Positions 1-9,696 of a DNA stretch of 64,000 bases are shown piece after piece. The notes beneath the pieces are model-generated. The model made no database searches. It was not told the DNA's origin and saw only the letters and a list, made by a program, of their open reading frames with translations. Numbering within the stretch: position 1 is the first letter of the stretch; every line of letters starts with the position of its first letter. Location of the stretch: NCBI GenBank assembly GCA_045126855.1, contig JBGVPG010000009.1, positions 10,752-74,751 on the forward strand. Direction: 5' to 3'. Position numbers and translations under genes: made by a program. The DNA is from Eubacteriales bacterium (lineage in GTDB: Bacteria; Bacillota; Clostridia; Oscillospirales; CAG-272).

Positions 1-442
1 CGAGCTATGCAAGATGATGGAACATGGTGTATACGAACCAATTTCAATCGATGCTGCCGTTTCAAGAAGTGCAAATGTTTTTTCATTATTCGTTGAGAAT
101 GGTGTTGACGTTCTTAGAATTGGCTTGCATTCCTCCGAAAGACTTGCAAGCGAAGAAACATATGCTGCAGGACCGAATCATCCGGCGCTTGGAGAGCTAG
201 TCATAGGTGAATACTATTACAAAAAAATAAGAGATAATCTTTACTTATCTCAGATTTCTGAAAATGAAAGAATAGATATTCTTGTCAGCCGAGGATCGTT
301 ATCCAAGGCTATTGGACAGAATGGAAAAAACAAAAATCGGCTTAGAGACGAATTTCCCAACATTAATTTTGCCGAATCAGACGATATTTCAGGTTATGAA
401 ATTTCCGTCATTACTCGAAATGGAGAGATCAAATGTACTTAA
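1..442 (+). CDS. C-terminal fragment of an ELP3-like radical SAM family protein (5' end outside the window)
   Basis: The frame is open to the window edge. The tail resembles the radical-SAM protein commonly found just upstream of smc in Clostridia. Its stop overlaps the smc start. Confidence 0.5.
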   Translation, partial: ELCKMMEHGVYEPISIDAAVSRSANVFSLFVENGVDVLRIGLHSSERLASEETYAAGPNHPALGELVIGEYYYKKIRDNLYLSQISENERIDILVSRGSLSKAIGQNGKNKNRLRDEFPNINFAESDDISGYEISVITRNGEIKCT

Positions 443-3400
443 AATCATTAGAGCTTCATGGCTTTAAATCATTCCCAAATAGAACTGTGCTTTCCTTTGA
501 AAGAGGAGCAACGGTAATAGTTGGCCCAAACGGAAGCGGTAAGTCAAACATTTCCGACGCAATGCGTTGGGTACTGGGCGAACTATCCAGCCGTAATATC
601 CGTGGTACCAAGATGGAGGACGTAATCTTTGGTGGAACCGACGACAGGCGCCCCATGGGATTTGCTGAGGTTTCTGTTACCTTCGATAACTCTGACCCCG
701 ACCACAGACTGGATTCTGAGTTCGACGAAGTTGTTGTTACAAGACGTTATTACCGTACAGGCGAAAGCGAATACCTTATTAACCGTCAGCCCAGACGTCT
801 AAGAGATATCTATGAGCTCTTTATGAATACGGGTGTTGGACGTGAGGGTTATTCTATTATCGGTCAGGGAAAGATTGCTGAAATTATTTCCAAGAAGAGC
901 GACGAAAGACGTAATATTTTTGAGGAGGCCGCAGGTATTTCCAAATACCGTCACAGAAAAGAGGAGTCCGAAAGAAAGCTTAAGCAGACACAGGACAATC
1001 TTGACCGTGTAAGAGATATTCTCCTTGAGCTTGAGGGACGAGTTGGCCCTCTTGAAAAAGAAGCTGAAAAGGCTAGAAAAGGTCTTGCGCTTTACGAGGA
1101 AAAGAAAAGAGCAGACGTTTCTCTCTGGCTTTTTGATACTAAGAAAATACGCGAGGATATAGAGTTAGCTGATAAAGAGCTCAGACTTTCCCGTCGTGAG
1201 CTTGAAATTGTAGATCAGCTTATATCCGATCTTGAGATACAAAACGAGAATCTTTACGAGAAGGCTCAGAGCAATAAGGCTTTGTCCGAGCAGCTTCTTG
1301 AAAGCATTCGTGTTACAACCGACAAGCTTCACGAGCTTGACAACTCGCTTCGTGTAGCGGAGAACGATTTTGCACACTCTGCAGAGCTTATCTTCCATTG
1401 CAGAGAGCGAATTAAAGAGCTTGAGCAAGGAAAGGCTTCCATTGAGAACAACAAAAAAGAGTATCTCGCTAAAAAGGCTCAGATCGAGAAAGAGCACAAG
1501 GAGGTTATGGACAACCGTCTTGAGCTTCTGGCAGAGGAACAGCGTCTTGCCGGCGAGGTTCTGAAGGCAAAGCGTGAGCTCGAGGAAGCGCTTGATGAAA
1601 TCAGCGTAGAGGAAGGCAACGCATCCACTCTTAACGTGCGTATTAACGTGCTTAAAAATTCTGCAGAAAGTGGCGGTACCAAGGCAGGAGACATTAAGTC
1701 TGAAATTGCGAGGTATGAAGCCGAGGCTGTTGTACTCAAAGAAGAGGCTGATCGTTGTGAAAGAGCTGCATCCGGCTTTAAGACCAAGATCGCTGAGAAG
1801 GATTCTATTATCGCCGAGAAGGGCGATGCGCTCAATGTGCTTGTTGAAAAGCGTGAGGAAACAACAGAGAAGCTGAATAGTCTTAAGCTTCAGCGTGATA
1901 CAATGCTTCAAAAGGCTGAAATGCTCCAGAGAATGAACGATCATTTCGAGGGCTACGCCGAAAGCGTAAAATTCGTTATGAAGGAGTATAAGGCGGGCGC
2001 AATCAACGGTGCAGGTGACATTTACGGACCGCTTTCCTCGCTTATTAATATTGATGGTAAATATATTACCGCAATAGAGACTGCTCTCGGCGCAAGCCTC
2101 CAGAATATCGTCGTTGATAACGAAGGAACTGCCAAGGCTGCAATTATGGCTCTTAAAAAGGCTAACGCAGGTCGTGCAACCTTCTATCCCGTTTCTGCAA
2201 TCACTCCGGCAAGCGAGACCGACGAAATTCGCCGTGCAGCCGGAATGAAGGGCTACGTCGGAAGGGCAGACAAGCTTGTTGAGTCCAACAAGAATTACAG
2301 ATCCGTTATCGAATGGTTGCTACTTCGTACAGTTGTGTTTGATAACATTGACAACGCATCTGATGCGGCAAAGCAGCTGAGATATAAAGTCAAGATAGTT
2401 ACACTTGACGGTCAGGTAATCAACGCCGGTGGTGCATTTACCGGTGGTAGCGCAAAGCGAGATAGCGGCATCCTGTCCCGTTTGAACAGCATAACCGAGC
2501 TTAAAAATGGCGCTGAATCGATTGGAAAGGATATCCAGAAGACAACGAAGGCTCTAGAGTCAATTGATTCCGATATTTACAAGGCAAGAGAGATTATGCG
2601 TGATGCCGAGCAGGAAAAGGAACTGCTTCTCACTCTTTCCCGTTCGCAATTTGCTGCTCTTGATAATGCAAACGCAAAATATAATGCAAATAACGACATA
2701 ATTCAAAAGCTTACTGCCGATTACGATAGCTTTATTGGTCAGCAGTCCAAGGCAGGCGAGGAGTTAATTGGACTCGAGGCAGATTATAAAGCGAACCTTG
2801 AGAGGATTGCCGCACTTAAGTCCTTCCGTGAACGCCGAGGTGCTGAGGCAGGTGTGATTGATGAGAATAAGGATCAAATCATGCAGCAGGCAACCGAGCT
2901 TGGCTTTAAGGCGGCCGAGCTTATGAGTAGTATTCGTGCTTGCGATGAGATGATTTCTTCCTTCGACACTAGAATTTTCGAACTTGAAAACGATAAAGCC
3001 GCTCAGCTTGAGCGCATAACCGAGCTTGAATCTAAACGCAGCGGAATTGACGAACTTAGGTTGAATAACAGTTCTGAATGCCAAAAGCTTGAAAAAGAGC
3101 TTGAAAATTTAAGGCAGAGAAGAATTGACGTTGAGCATGGCAACGATGAGTTTGAGCGTGAAATCAATAACATCAGACTTCGACTTAAGGAAAAGAACGC
3201 AGCTCGTCAGGTAACCTACGAGTCATTTGTGAAAAACGAAAACAGACTTCAAGGCCTTACCGAAAAGCAGGACAAGCTTGGTTCACAGCTTTGGGATGAT
3301 TATGAGATAACCTATGAGGAGGCTGTCGGATTTGGATATCCTGCCGTTACTGCCGAAAATCGTGACGAGGTAGCAGCTGTTCAGGTTTCTTGTCGTAACA

Positions 3401-4047
3401 GACTTAGAGCGCTTGGCGGATATAATCCCGGTGCTATCGAGGAATTCGCCGAGGTTAAGGCACGTTACGATGCTCTCAGCACTCAGTTTAATGATCTTAC
3501 GTCATCTTCGACCGAGCTTCTTGATATTATCTCGAGACTCGAGGTTGAGATGCGCCAGAGCTTTATTACGGCATTTGAGGCAATTAACAAGAACTTTGGT
3601 ATCACCTTCAAGGAGCTGTTCGGAGGCGGTAATGCCGAGCTTTCACTTACCGATCCCGAGGACGTTCTGACCTCTGGTATTGAGATCAAGGCGGCTCCTC
3701 CCGGAAAGATTATCAAAAATCTTTCGTTGCTTTCCGGTGGTGAACAGTCCTTCGTTGCGATTGCATTGCTCTTTGCAATACTGAAGGTTAATCCTACACC
3801 ATTCTGTATTCTTGATGAGATCGAGGCAGCACTCGACGAGGTTAACGTATACAGATTTGGTGATTATATTAAGAAATTTGATGACGGTACTCAGTTTATT
3901 CTGATCACTCACCGTCGAGGTACAATGGAAATCGGTGACAGGCTTTACGGTGTTACCATGCCACAGCGTGGTATTTCTCAGGCCATAGAGCTTAACGTCA
4001 ACGAAATTGAAGGAAAACAGAAGGAGCTTTTAGATGGGGTTCTTTGA
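433..4047 (+). CDS. smc: Chromosome segregation protein SMC
   Basis: 1204 aa with N-terminal Walker A (GPNGSGKSN), long coiled coils, a hinge, a C-terminal LSGGE signature and Walker B (ILDEIEAALD). Confidence 0.97.
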   Translation: MYLKSLELHGFKSFPNRTVLSFERGATVIVGPNGSGKSNISDAMRWVLGELSSRNIRGTKMEDVIFGGTDDRRPMGFAEVSVTFDNSDPDHRLDSEFDEVVVTRRYYRTGESEYLINRQPRRLRDIYELFMNTGVGREGYSIIGQGKIAEIISKKSDERRNIFEEAAGISKYRHRKEESERKLKQTQDNLDRVRDILLELEGRVGPLEKEAEKARKGLALYEEKKRADVSLWLFDTKKIREDIELADKELRLSRRELEIVDQLISDLEIQNENLYEKAQSNKALSEQLLESIRVTTDKLHELDNSLRVAENDFAHSAELIFHCRERIKELEQGKASIENNKKEYLAKKAQIEKEHKEVMDNRLELLAEEQRLAGEVLKAKRELEEALDEISVEEGNASTLNVRINVLKNSAESGGTKAGDIKSEIARYEAEAVVLKEEADRCERAASGFKTKIAEKDSIIAEKGDALNVLVEKREETTEKLNSLKLQRDTMLQKAEMLQRMNDHFEGYAESVKFVMKEYKAGAINGAGDIYGPLSSLINIDGKYITAIETALGASLQNIVVDNEGTAKAAIMALKKANAGRATFYPVSAITPASETDEIRRAAGMKGYVGRADKLVESNKNYRSVIEWLLLRTVVFDNIDNASDAAKQLRYKVKIVTLDGQVINAGGAFTGGSAKRDSGILSRLNSITELKNGAESIGKDIQKTTKALESIDSDIYKAREIMRDAEQEKELLLTLSRSQFAALDNANAKYNANNDIIQKLTADYDSFIGQQSKAGEELIGLEADYKANLERIAALKSFRERRGAEAGVIDENKDQIMQQATELGFKAAELMSSIRACDEMISSFDTRIFELENDKAAQLERITELESKRSGIDELRLNNSSECQKLEKELENLRQRRIDVEHGNDEFEREINNIRLRLKEKNAARQVTYESFVKNENRLQGLTEKQDKLGSQLWDDYEITYEEAVGFGYPAVTAENRDEVAAVQVSCRNRLRALGGYNPGAIEEFAEVKARYDALSTQFNDLTSSSTELLDIISRLEVEMRQSFITAFEAINKNFGITFKELFGGGNAELSLTDPEDVLTSGIEIKAAPPGKIIKNLSLLSGGEQSFVAIALLFAILKVNPTPFCILDEIEAALDEVNVYRFGDYIKKFDDGTQFILITHRRGTMEIGDRLYGVTMPQRGISQAIELNVNEIEGKQKELLDGVL

Positions 4048-4945
4048 CAAATTAAAGCAGGGTCTGTTTAAGACGAAAACTGCTATTGTTGATAAAGTTG
4101 ATGCACTTTTTAAGCACTTCGTAAAGGTTGACGAGGATCTTTTCGATGAGCTTGAGGAGTTGCTTATATCTGCCGATATAGGCGTTAATACTACAGAGGA
4201 GATTCTTGATGAGCTTCGTGACGTTGTAAAGGATAAGCACATCAAGGAGCCGGGTGAAGTTAAGAAAGAGCTCTTTGACATTCTTCGCAGAATGATCGGA
4301 GAACATGAGCCGCTTAATCTTTCGACCAAGCCCTCGGTCATTCTTGTGATTGGTGTTAATGGCGTAGGAAAGACAACTTCCATAGGAAAAATTTCAGCAG
4401 AACTAAAAAGGCAGGGCAAAAAGGTTGTCGTCGCAGCAGCAGATACCTTCCGTGCGGCTGCTGCTGAGCAGTTGAATGTATGGACGGATCGCGCAGGCGT
4501 TGACATCATCAAGCAGGCAGCCGGAGCTGATCCTGCTTCGGTTGTGTACGATGCAATCAGTGCAGTAAAGAGCAGAAACGCAGACGTTCTCATCGTTGAT
4601 ACCGCAGGTAGACTTCATAATAAGAAAAATCTTATGGACGAGCTTGCTAAGATTGACAGAGTCATCGCTCGTGAACTGCCGAGCGCTGCCAAGGAAACAT
4701 TGTTGGTTCTCGATGCTACCACGGGTCAGAACGCCGTTTATCAGGCGAAGGAATTCAAGGAAGCTTCAAAGATTACCGGTCTTATTCTCACCAAGCTTGA
4801 CGGTACTGCAAAAGGCGGTATTGTTATCTCCATTAAAAAGGAGCTTGGCATTCCCGTTAAATTTATCGGTGTTGGTGAGCAGATCGACGACATGAAGCCC
4901 TTCGATTCCAAGGAATTCGCAGGCGCACTTTTTGAGGAGAATTGA
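4034..4945 (+). CDS. ftsY: Signal recognition particle receptor FtsY
   Basis: SRP-GTPase NG domain with GVNGVGKTT, DTAGR and TKLDG motifs. It follows smc, as is typical. Confidence 0.95.
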   Translation: MGFFDKLKQGLFKTKTAIVDKVDALFKHFVKVDEDLFDELEELLISADIGVNTTEEILDELRDVVKDKHIKEPGEVKKELFDILRRMIGEHEPLNLSTKPSVILVIGVNGVGKTTSIGKISAELKRQGKKVVVAAADTFRAAAAEQLNVWTDRAGVDIIKQAAGADPASVVYDAISAVKSRNADVLIVDTAGRLHNKKNLMDELAKIDRVIARELPSAAKETLLVLDATTGQNAVYQAKEFKEASKITGLILTKLDGTAKGGIVISIKKELGIPVKFIGVGEQIDDMKPFDSKEFAGALFEEN

Positions 4946-4946
4946 T

Positions 4947-5237
4947 ATGATTACAAGTAAGCAGAGAGCATATCTTCGCTCTTTATCACAAAATCTTGAC
5001 ACCATATTCCAGATAGGTAAGGGCGGTATCACCGAGGAGACCTGCAACCAGATCTTTAACGCCCTTGAAGCACGTGAGCTTATCAAGGCACGTGTTCTGG
5101 ATAATAGCGGATATACCGCAAAAGAAGCGGCTTCAATTATTGCAGAGGTTATTGAGTGCGAGGTTGTAAGCTGCGTCGGTTCCAGATTCGTTCTTTACAA
5201 GAAATCTGAAAAGAAAAAGAGAATCGAGCTTCCGTAA
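4947..5237 (+). CDS. yhbY: YhbY/CRM-domain RNA-binding protein (YqeI-like)
   Basis: Contains LTSKQRAYLRSL...IGKGG. GAGGAGA lies 6 nt upstream of ATG 4947. The ORF-track start at 4932 is a TTG inside the ftsY end. Confidence 0.85.
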   Translation: MITSKQRAYLRSLSQNLDTIFQIGKGGITEETCNQIFNALEARELIKARVLDNSGYTAKEAASIIAEVIECEVVSCVGSRFVLYKKSEKKKRIELP

Positions 5238-5238
5238 T

Positions 5239-6285
5239 ATGATCTTTATGAAAAATCAAATTGACACTCTCCGTGAGGAAATGGGTAAGCGGTTATCAAG
5301 ATCTCGCTTTACCCATACCCTTGGAGTAGAGAAAATGGCTGTCAGAATTGGTGAAATATGTATACCTGATATGGTAGACAAGCTTCGGATTGCAGCGCTG
5401 CTACACGATATTTCCAAGGAATATTCCGAGGCAGAAATTTTTTCATTGGCTAAAAAGTATAATATTGCTTTTACAGATGAGGACCTAGCTTCTCCGCAGC
5501 TTTGGCATTCAATAACAGCAGCTGCAGCCATCAAGGAAGAATTTCCCGAGTTTTGTCACGCCGATATTTTATCGGCAGTTGTAAATCATACGGTTGGGTC
5601 TCCTGATATGTCGATCTTTGATGAGATCATCTTGCTTTCCGATTATATTGAAGAAGGAAGAAAATACCAAAATTGTGTTGAGGTTCGTGAAAGTTTTTTC
5701 CGCGAGCTTTCCGATGCAGATACTCAAAACAAGAAGATTCTTGCTATTCACAATGCAGCAATAGAATCCTTTAATCGTAACATTAATGAATTTATCTCTC
5801 GCGGCATTTCCTATCATCACAGAACAAAAGAAACCCGTGACGAGATCGTTTTAAAAGCAGAAAGGCTGAAAATGGAAATAAAAAAAGATTTGCTTGACTG
5901 TGAATCAGGCACACTTGCCCGTGAAGCAGTAAAAATTCTAATTGAAAAGAAGGGAATTGACGTTAAGCTCTTTGACGTCAGAGAAAAGAGCAGCGTGACC
6001 GATTATTACGTAAACGTAACAGGTCGATCCTCAAGCAACGTTGCTTCTCTTGCAGACGACGTAGACGTTCTACTCTCCGAGCGTGGAAGAACTCCTTTGC
6101 GTACCGAGGGCAGACGTGGAAACGCCTGGATTCTCGTTGATTTCGGAGACGTTATTGTTAACGTATTCGATAGAGTCTCCCGTGATTTTTATAGTCTCGA
6201 CAGACATCTTCCTGAGGGAAGCGAGATAGACATTTCGGATCTTGTCGCTGAGGTTGATGCTAAATTTGATATTAATAAGAATTGA
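5239..6285 (+). CDS. Fusion protein: YqeK-type HD phosphohydrolase (N-terminal) plus ribosome silencing factor RsfS (C-terminal)
   Basis: Residues ~1-200 carry the YqeK HD motifs (HTLGV...LLHDISK). Residues ~225-330 match RsfS (DYYVNVTGRSSSNV...WILVDFGDVIVNVF). There is a single frame with no intervening stop. Confidence 0.85.
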   Translation: MIFMKNQIDTLREEMGKRLSRSRFTHTLGVEKMAVRIGEICIPDMVDKLRIAALLHDISKEYSEAEIFSLAKKYNIAFTDEDLASPQLWHSITAAAAIKEEFPEFCHADILSAVVNHTVGSPDMSIFDEIILLSDYIEEGRKYQNCVEVRESFFRELSDADTQNKKILAIHNAAIESFNRNINEFISRGISYHHRTKETRDEIVLKAERLKMEIKKDLLDCESGTLAREAVKILIEKKGIDVKLFDVREKSSVTDYYVNVTGRSSSNVASLADDVDVLLSERGRTPLRTEGRRGNAWILVDFGDVIVNVFDRVSRDFYSLDRHLPEGSEIDISDLVAEVDAKFDINKN

Positions 6286-6296
6286 GGACATATATA

Positions 6297-8714
6297 ATGA
6301 ATTACGAACACTCAAATATTGAAGCCAAGTGGCAAAAATATTGGGAAGAAAATGAAACGTTCAAAACCGACGTTTGGGATTTTTCCAAGCCCAAGTACTA
6401 TGTACTTGATATGTTCCCATATCCATCCGGTGTAGGTCTTCACGCCGGTCATCCCGAAGGATATACTGCGACCGACATTATGTCCAGAATGAAGCGTATG
6501 CAGGGATATAATGTGCTTCATCCCATGGGATACGACTCATTCGGTCTTCCCGCTGAGCAGTATGCTGTAAGCACGGGTAATCATCCCAACGGCTTTACTC
6601 AGGAGAATATCAAGACCTTCTCGGCGCAGCTTCGTGAACTTGGCTTTGACTATGACTGGTCAAAAATGACCGCAACCTCCGATCCTTCATTCTATAAGTG
6701 GACACAGTGGATCTTTAAAAAGCTTTATGAGGCAGGTTACGCAAAGCGTATAGAGATGCCTGTTAACTGGTGCGAGGCTCTCGGCACCGTTCTTTCCAAC
6801 GACGAGGTTATTGACGGTAAGTCCGAGCGCGGCGGTTATCCTGTTGAGAAGAGAATGATGATGCAGTGGGTTATCGATCAGCCTGCATTTGCAGAGAAGC
6901 TTCTTGAAGGACTTAACGAGATCGATTGGCCTGAGTCCACCAAGGAAATTCAGCGTAACTGGATTGGCAAGTCCACCGGTGTTGAGGTAGATTTCAAACT
7001 CGTGGGCGGTGGAGATTTCTCCATATACACGACCTGTATCGAAACTATTTACGGCATCACCTTCATGGTACTTGCTCCCGATGGAAAGATCACTCAGTCG
7101 CTTATGGACAGAGTAGAGAACAAGGATGAGGTAAACGCATATATTGCCGAAACTCTGAAGAAGAGTGACATGGACAGAACTGAGCTTAATAAGACCAAGA
7201 CCGGTTGTCCTCTTAAGGGCGTTTACGCTATTAACCCTGTAAACGGCAAGGAAGTTCCTGTATTTATTGGTGATTTCGTTCTTGCTAACTACGGTACAGG
7301 TGCAGTTATGGCTGTTCCCAGCCACGATCAGCGTGACTTTGAGTATGCTATCGCACACAACATTCCTATGATTCAGGTTATTGATGGCCGTGACGTTTCC
7401 GAGTGTGCCTTTGAAAAACAGGATTATCTCGGAAAGGGCTGCAAGCTTATTAACTCTGAGGAATTCACAGGCCTTACTGTTGAAGAGGCAAAGGAAGCTA
7501 TCACTGTTAAGCTTGAGAATGCCAGTGTAGCAAGACGTAAGGTAAACTATCACTTCCGTGAGTGGATCTTTGCTCGTCAGCGTTATTGGGGCGAGCCCGT
7601 TCCTTGCGTATATACCGAGGACGGTGAGACTGTGTTCCTTCCTGATGAGGAGCTTCCTCTTGTTCTCCCTGAGCTTGAGGACTACAAGGGAAAGAACGGT
7701 AAGGCACCTCTTGAGAACGCAACCGAGTGGAAGCAGTATGATAAGAACGGTATCAAGGGTATCCGCGAGACGTCTACAATGCCCGGTTCCGCAGGCTCTT
7801 CCTGGTACTTCATGCGTTATATCGATCCCAACAATGATAAGGCACTCTGCGATCCCAAGCTCCTTGAGCATTGGCTTCCCGTTGACCTTTACGTTGGCGG
7901 TCCCGAGCATGCCGTTGGACATCTTATGTATTCCAGAATCTGGACTCACTTCCTCCACGACATCGGAGTTTCTCCTGTTAAGGAGCCCTTCCAGAAGCTT
8001 GTTCACCAGGGTATGATCCTTGGCGAAAACGGCATTAAGATGGGTAAGCGTTTCCCTGAGTTCGTTGTTAACCCCAGCGATATCGTTCGTGAGTACGGTG
8101 CAGATACTCTTCGCCTTTACGAAATGTTCATGGGTCCCCTTGAGGTTTCCAAGCCTTGGAGCTCTACCGCTGTTGCCGGTGCAAGAAAGTTCATCAACCG
8201 TGTATGGAACTTCTTCACCGAGCCTGCAAATCTTACAGATTCCGATGACGGTAAGCTAACAAAGCTTTATCATCAGACCGTGAAAAAGGTTACCTCGGAC
8301 TTTGAAACTCTTGGCTTCAACACCGCAATCGCACAGATGATGGTGTTCGTAAACGAGGTTTATAAGAACGGTAGCTGTCCTCGTGAATTCGCGGAAGGCT
8401 TCATTAAGATGCTTTCTTGCATCACTCCTCACGTTGGCGAGGAAATCTGGCAGATTCTTGGACATAACGAGTCCATCGCATATGAGTCTTGGCCGAAATA
8501 CGACGAGAGCAAGTGCGTAGATGATGTTATCGAGATGCCTATTCAGGTTAACGGTAAAGTTCGTAACGTAATAGCTATCGCAAAGGCAGCAACTAAGGAC
8601 GAGATTCTTGCAATCGTTAAGTCCGACGAAAAGATTGCCGCTGCAATCGAGGGCAAGACTATCGTTAAGGAAATCGTTGTTCCCGGAAAGATTATTAATA
8701 TTGTAGTTAAATAA
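6297..8714 (+). CDS. leuS: Leucyl-tRNA synthetase
   Basis: 805 aa class I aaRS with a HAGHPEGY (HIGH-type) motif and a KMGKR (KMSKS-type) motif. GAGGA lies 8 nt upstream of the ATG. Confidence 0.97.
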   Translation: MNYEHSNIEAKWQKYWEENETFKTDVWDFSKPKYYVLDMFPYPSGVGLHAGHPEGYTATDIMSRMKRMQGYNVLHPMGYDSFGLPAEQYAVSTGNHPNGFTQENIKTFSAQLRELGFDYDWSKMTATSDPSFYKWTQWIFKKLYEAGYAKRIEMPVNWCEALGTVLSNDEVIDGKSERGGYPVEKRMMMQWVIDQPAFAEKLLEGLNEIDWPESTKEIQRNWIGKSTGVEVDFKLVGGGDFSIYTTCIETIYGITFMVLAPDGKITQSLMDRVENKDEVNAYIAETLKKSDMDRTELNKTKTGCPLKGVYAINPVNGKEVPVFIGDFVLANYGTGAVMAVPSHDQRDFEYAIAHNIPMIQVIDGRDVSECAFEKQDYLGKGCKLINSEEFTGLTVEEAKEAITVKLENASVARRKVNYHFREWIFARQRYWGEPVPCVYTEDGETVFLPDEELPLVLPELEDYKGKNGKAPLENATEWKQYDKNGIKGIRETSTMPGSAGSSWYFMRYIDPNNDKALCDPKLLEHWLPVDLYVGGPEHAVGHLMYSRIWTHFLHDIGVSPVKEPFQKLVHQGMILGENGIKMGKRFPEFVVNPSDIVREYGADTLRLYEMFMGPLEVSKPWSSTAVAGARKFINRVWNFFTEPANLTDSDDGKLTKLYHQTVKKVTSDFETLGFNTAIAQMMVFVNEVYKNGSCPREFAEGFIKMLSCITPHVGEEIWQILGHNESIAYESWPKYDESKCVDDVIEMPIQVNGKVRNVIAIAKAATKDEILAIVKSDEKIAAAIEGKTIVKEIVVPGKIINIVVK

Positions 8715-8719
8715 TAGAA

Positions 8720-8749
8720 AAGACGGACACTCGTAATGGTGTCCGTCTT
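8720..8749. terminator. Convergent intrinsic terminator (leuS / membrane-protein gene)
   Basis: AAGACGGACAC-loop-GTGTCCGTCTT, an 11-bp stem flanked by an A-run and T-rich sequence. It overlaps the stop of the minus-strand ORF. Confidence 0.8.
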
Positions 8750-9599
8750 AATTTTGTAGGGTGGAGAAGAGTTCGTAGAGCTTTTCGGTTTGCTTTTCTG
8801 TAAGATCTAATTCCTTGATTACCCGATTTAACTTATGATAGTCATTTATTGTAACCGACTCAGGAGAAAAGATTTTCTTTATTTCAAGCATATTATCCAA
8901 TACAAAATCTATTTTTCCTTCTACATTTTTGAACTCATAATTGCTAATGTAGATGCTATCACCGTTTTCCACATATATTTCTACTGAAAATCCATAGGTT
9001 GTGCCACCCCTACCACTGTGTGAATAAACGTCAATCGTGAGTCTGTCAAAATCATCGGTGGTATAATTTGCAATTTTTTGATTGAATAAGTTATATTTAT
9101 TAATCGAAAAATCATCAGATATTGTTGTTCTCGTAAACAACGAAAGCGGAGTCAGGCATAAGAACAAAAGCAATATGGAACACAAAAGTGTAACACGCTT
9201 CTTGCTAAGCGACATCTTTATGTCATTGAATAATGTTTTTAATTCAGGTATAAATTCGTTTTTGAAGCAGTTGTTTTCTTTGCATATATTTAGCTTTCCT
9301 ATTATCGGGCATTCCTTACCTAATAAGACAACCAGCGGAACCATAATTATGAGAAGAAATGAAAACATAAAAGGGAAAGAAAATAGCAAAGAAGCATTAT
9401 TGGTATCTGCTGCAATTACGTTCAATTCATTAAAAGCAATCGTTTTTTGGACTATGTTAATTATAAAGAGTGGCGATAAAATGATTATGAAAAATATCAA
9501 AAATACCACCATATAGATAGCGTAATCTAAAACACCAAGTGGAGAGTACTTATTACTGTATGATTTTTGCTTGTTTCTTCTTTTTTTCTTTTTGCTCAC
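8748..9599 (-). CDS. Hypothetical membrane protein (polybasic N-terminus, ~3 TM helices, unknown C-terminal domain)
   Basis: The start is moved to GTG 9599, because AGGAGG lies 9 nt upstream and the promoter -10 lies inside the ORF-track extension. It is AT-rich and I recognise no family. Confidence 0.6.
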   Translation of the reverse strand: MSKKKKRRNKQKSYSNKYSPLGVLDYAIYMVVFLIFFIIILSPLFIINIVQKTIAFNELNVIAADTNNASLLFSFPFMFSFLLIIMVPLVVLLGKECPIIGKLNICKENNCFKNEFIPELKTLFNDIKMSLSKKRVTLLCSILLLFLCLTPLSLFTRTTISDDFSINKYNLFNQKIANYTTDDFDRLTIDVYSHSGRGGTTYGFSVEIYVENGDSIYISNYEFKNVEGKIDFVLDNMLEIKKIFSPESVTINDYHKLNRVIKELDLTEKQTEKLYELFSTLQN

Positions 9600-9622
9600 G
9601 GATAAATACCTCCTTTGCAGTA

Positions 9623-9651
9623 ATTTTATCATATTGGCAGGTAGTTGTCAA
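9623..9651 (-). promoter_or_regulatory. Sigma-A-type promoter TTGACA-17-TAAAAT
   Basis: The -35 is at 9651-9646 and the -10 at 9628-9623 on the minus strand, followed by AGGAGG and the GTG start. Confidence 0.75.
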
Positions 9652-9696
9652 GAGAAAAGCAGCGAAAGGCGCTACAAACGTTATCACTGTATAAAT

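Noticed and set aside
6687-8006. A 439-aa ORF antisense to leuS.
   Set aside because: It lies entirely inside a confidently identified gene and has a low-complexity, non-protein-like sequence with no SD. Long antisense frames are expected when the sense strand avoids TTA, CTA and TCA codons.
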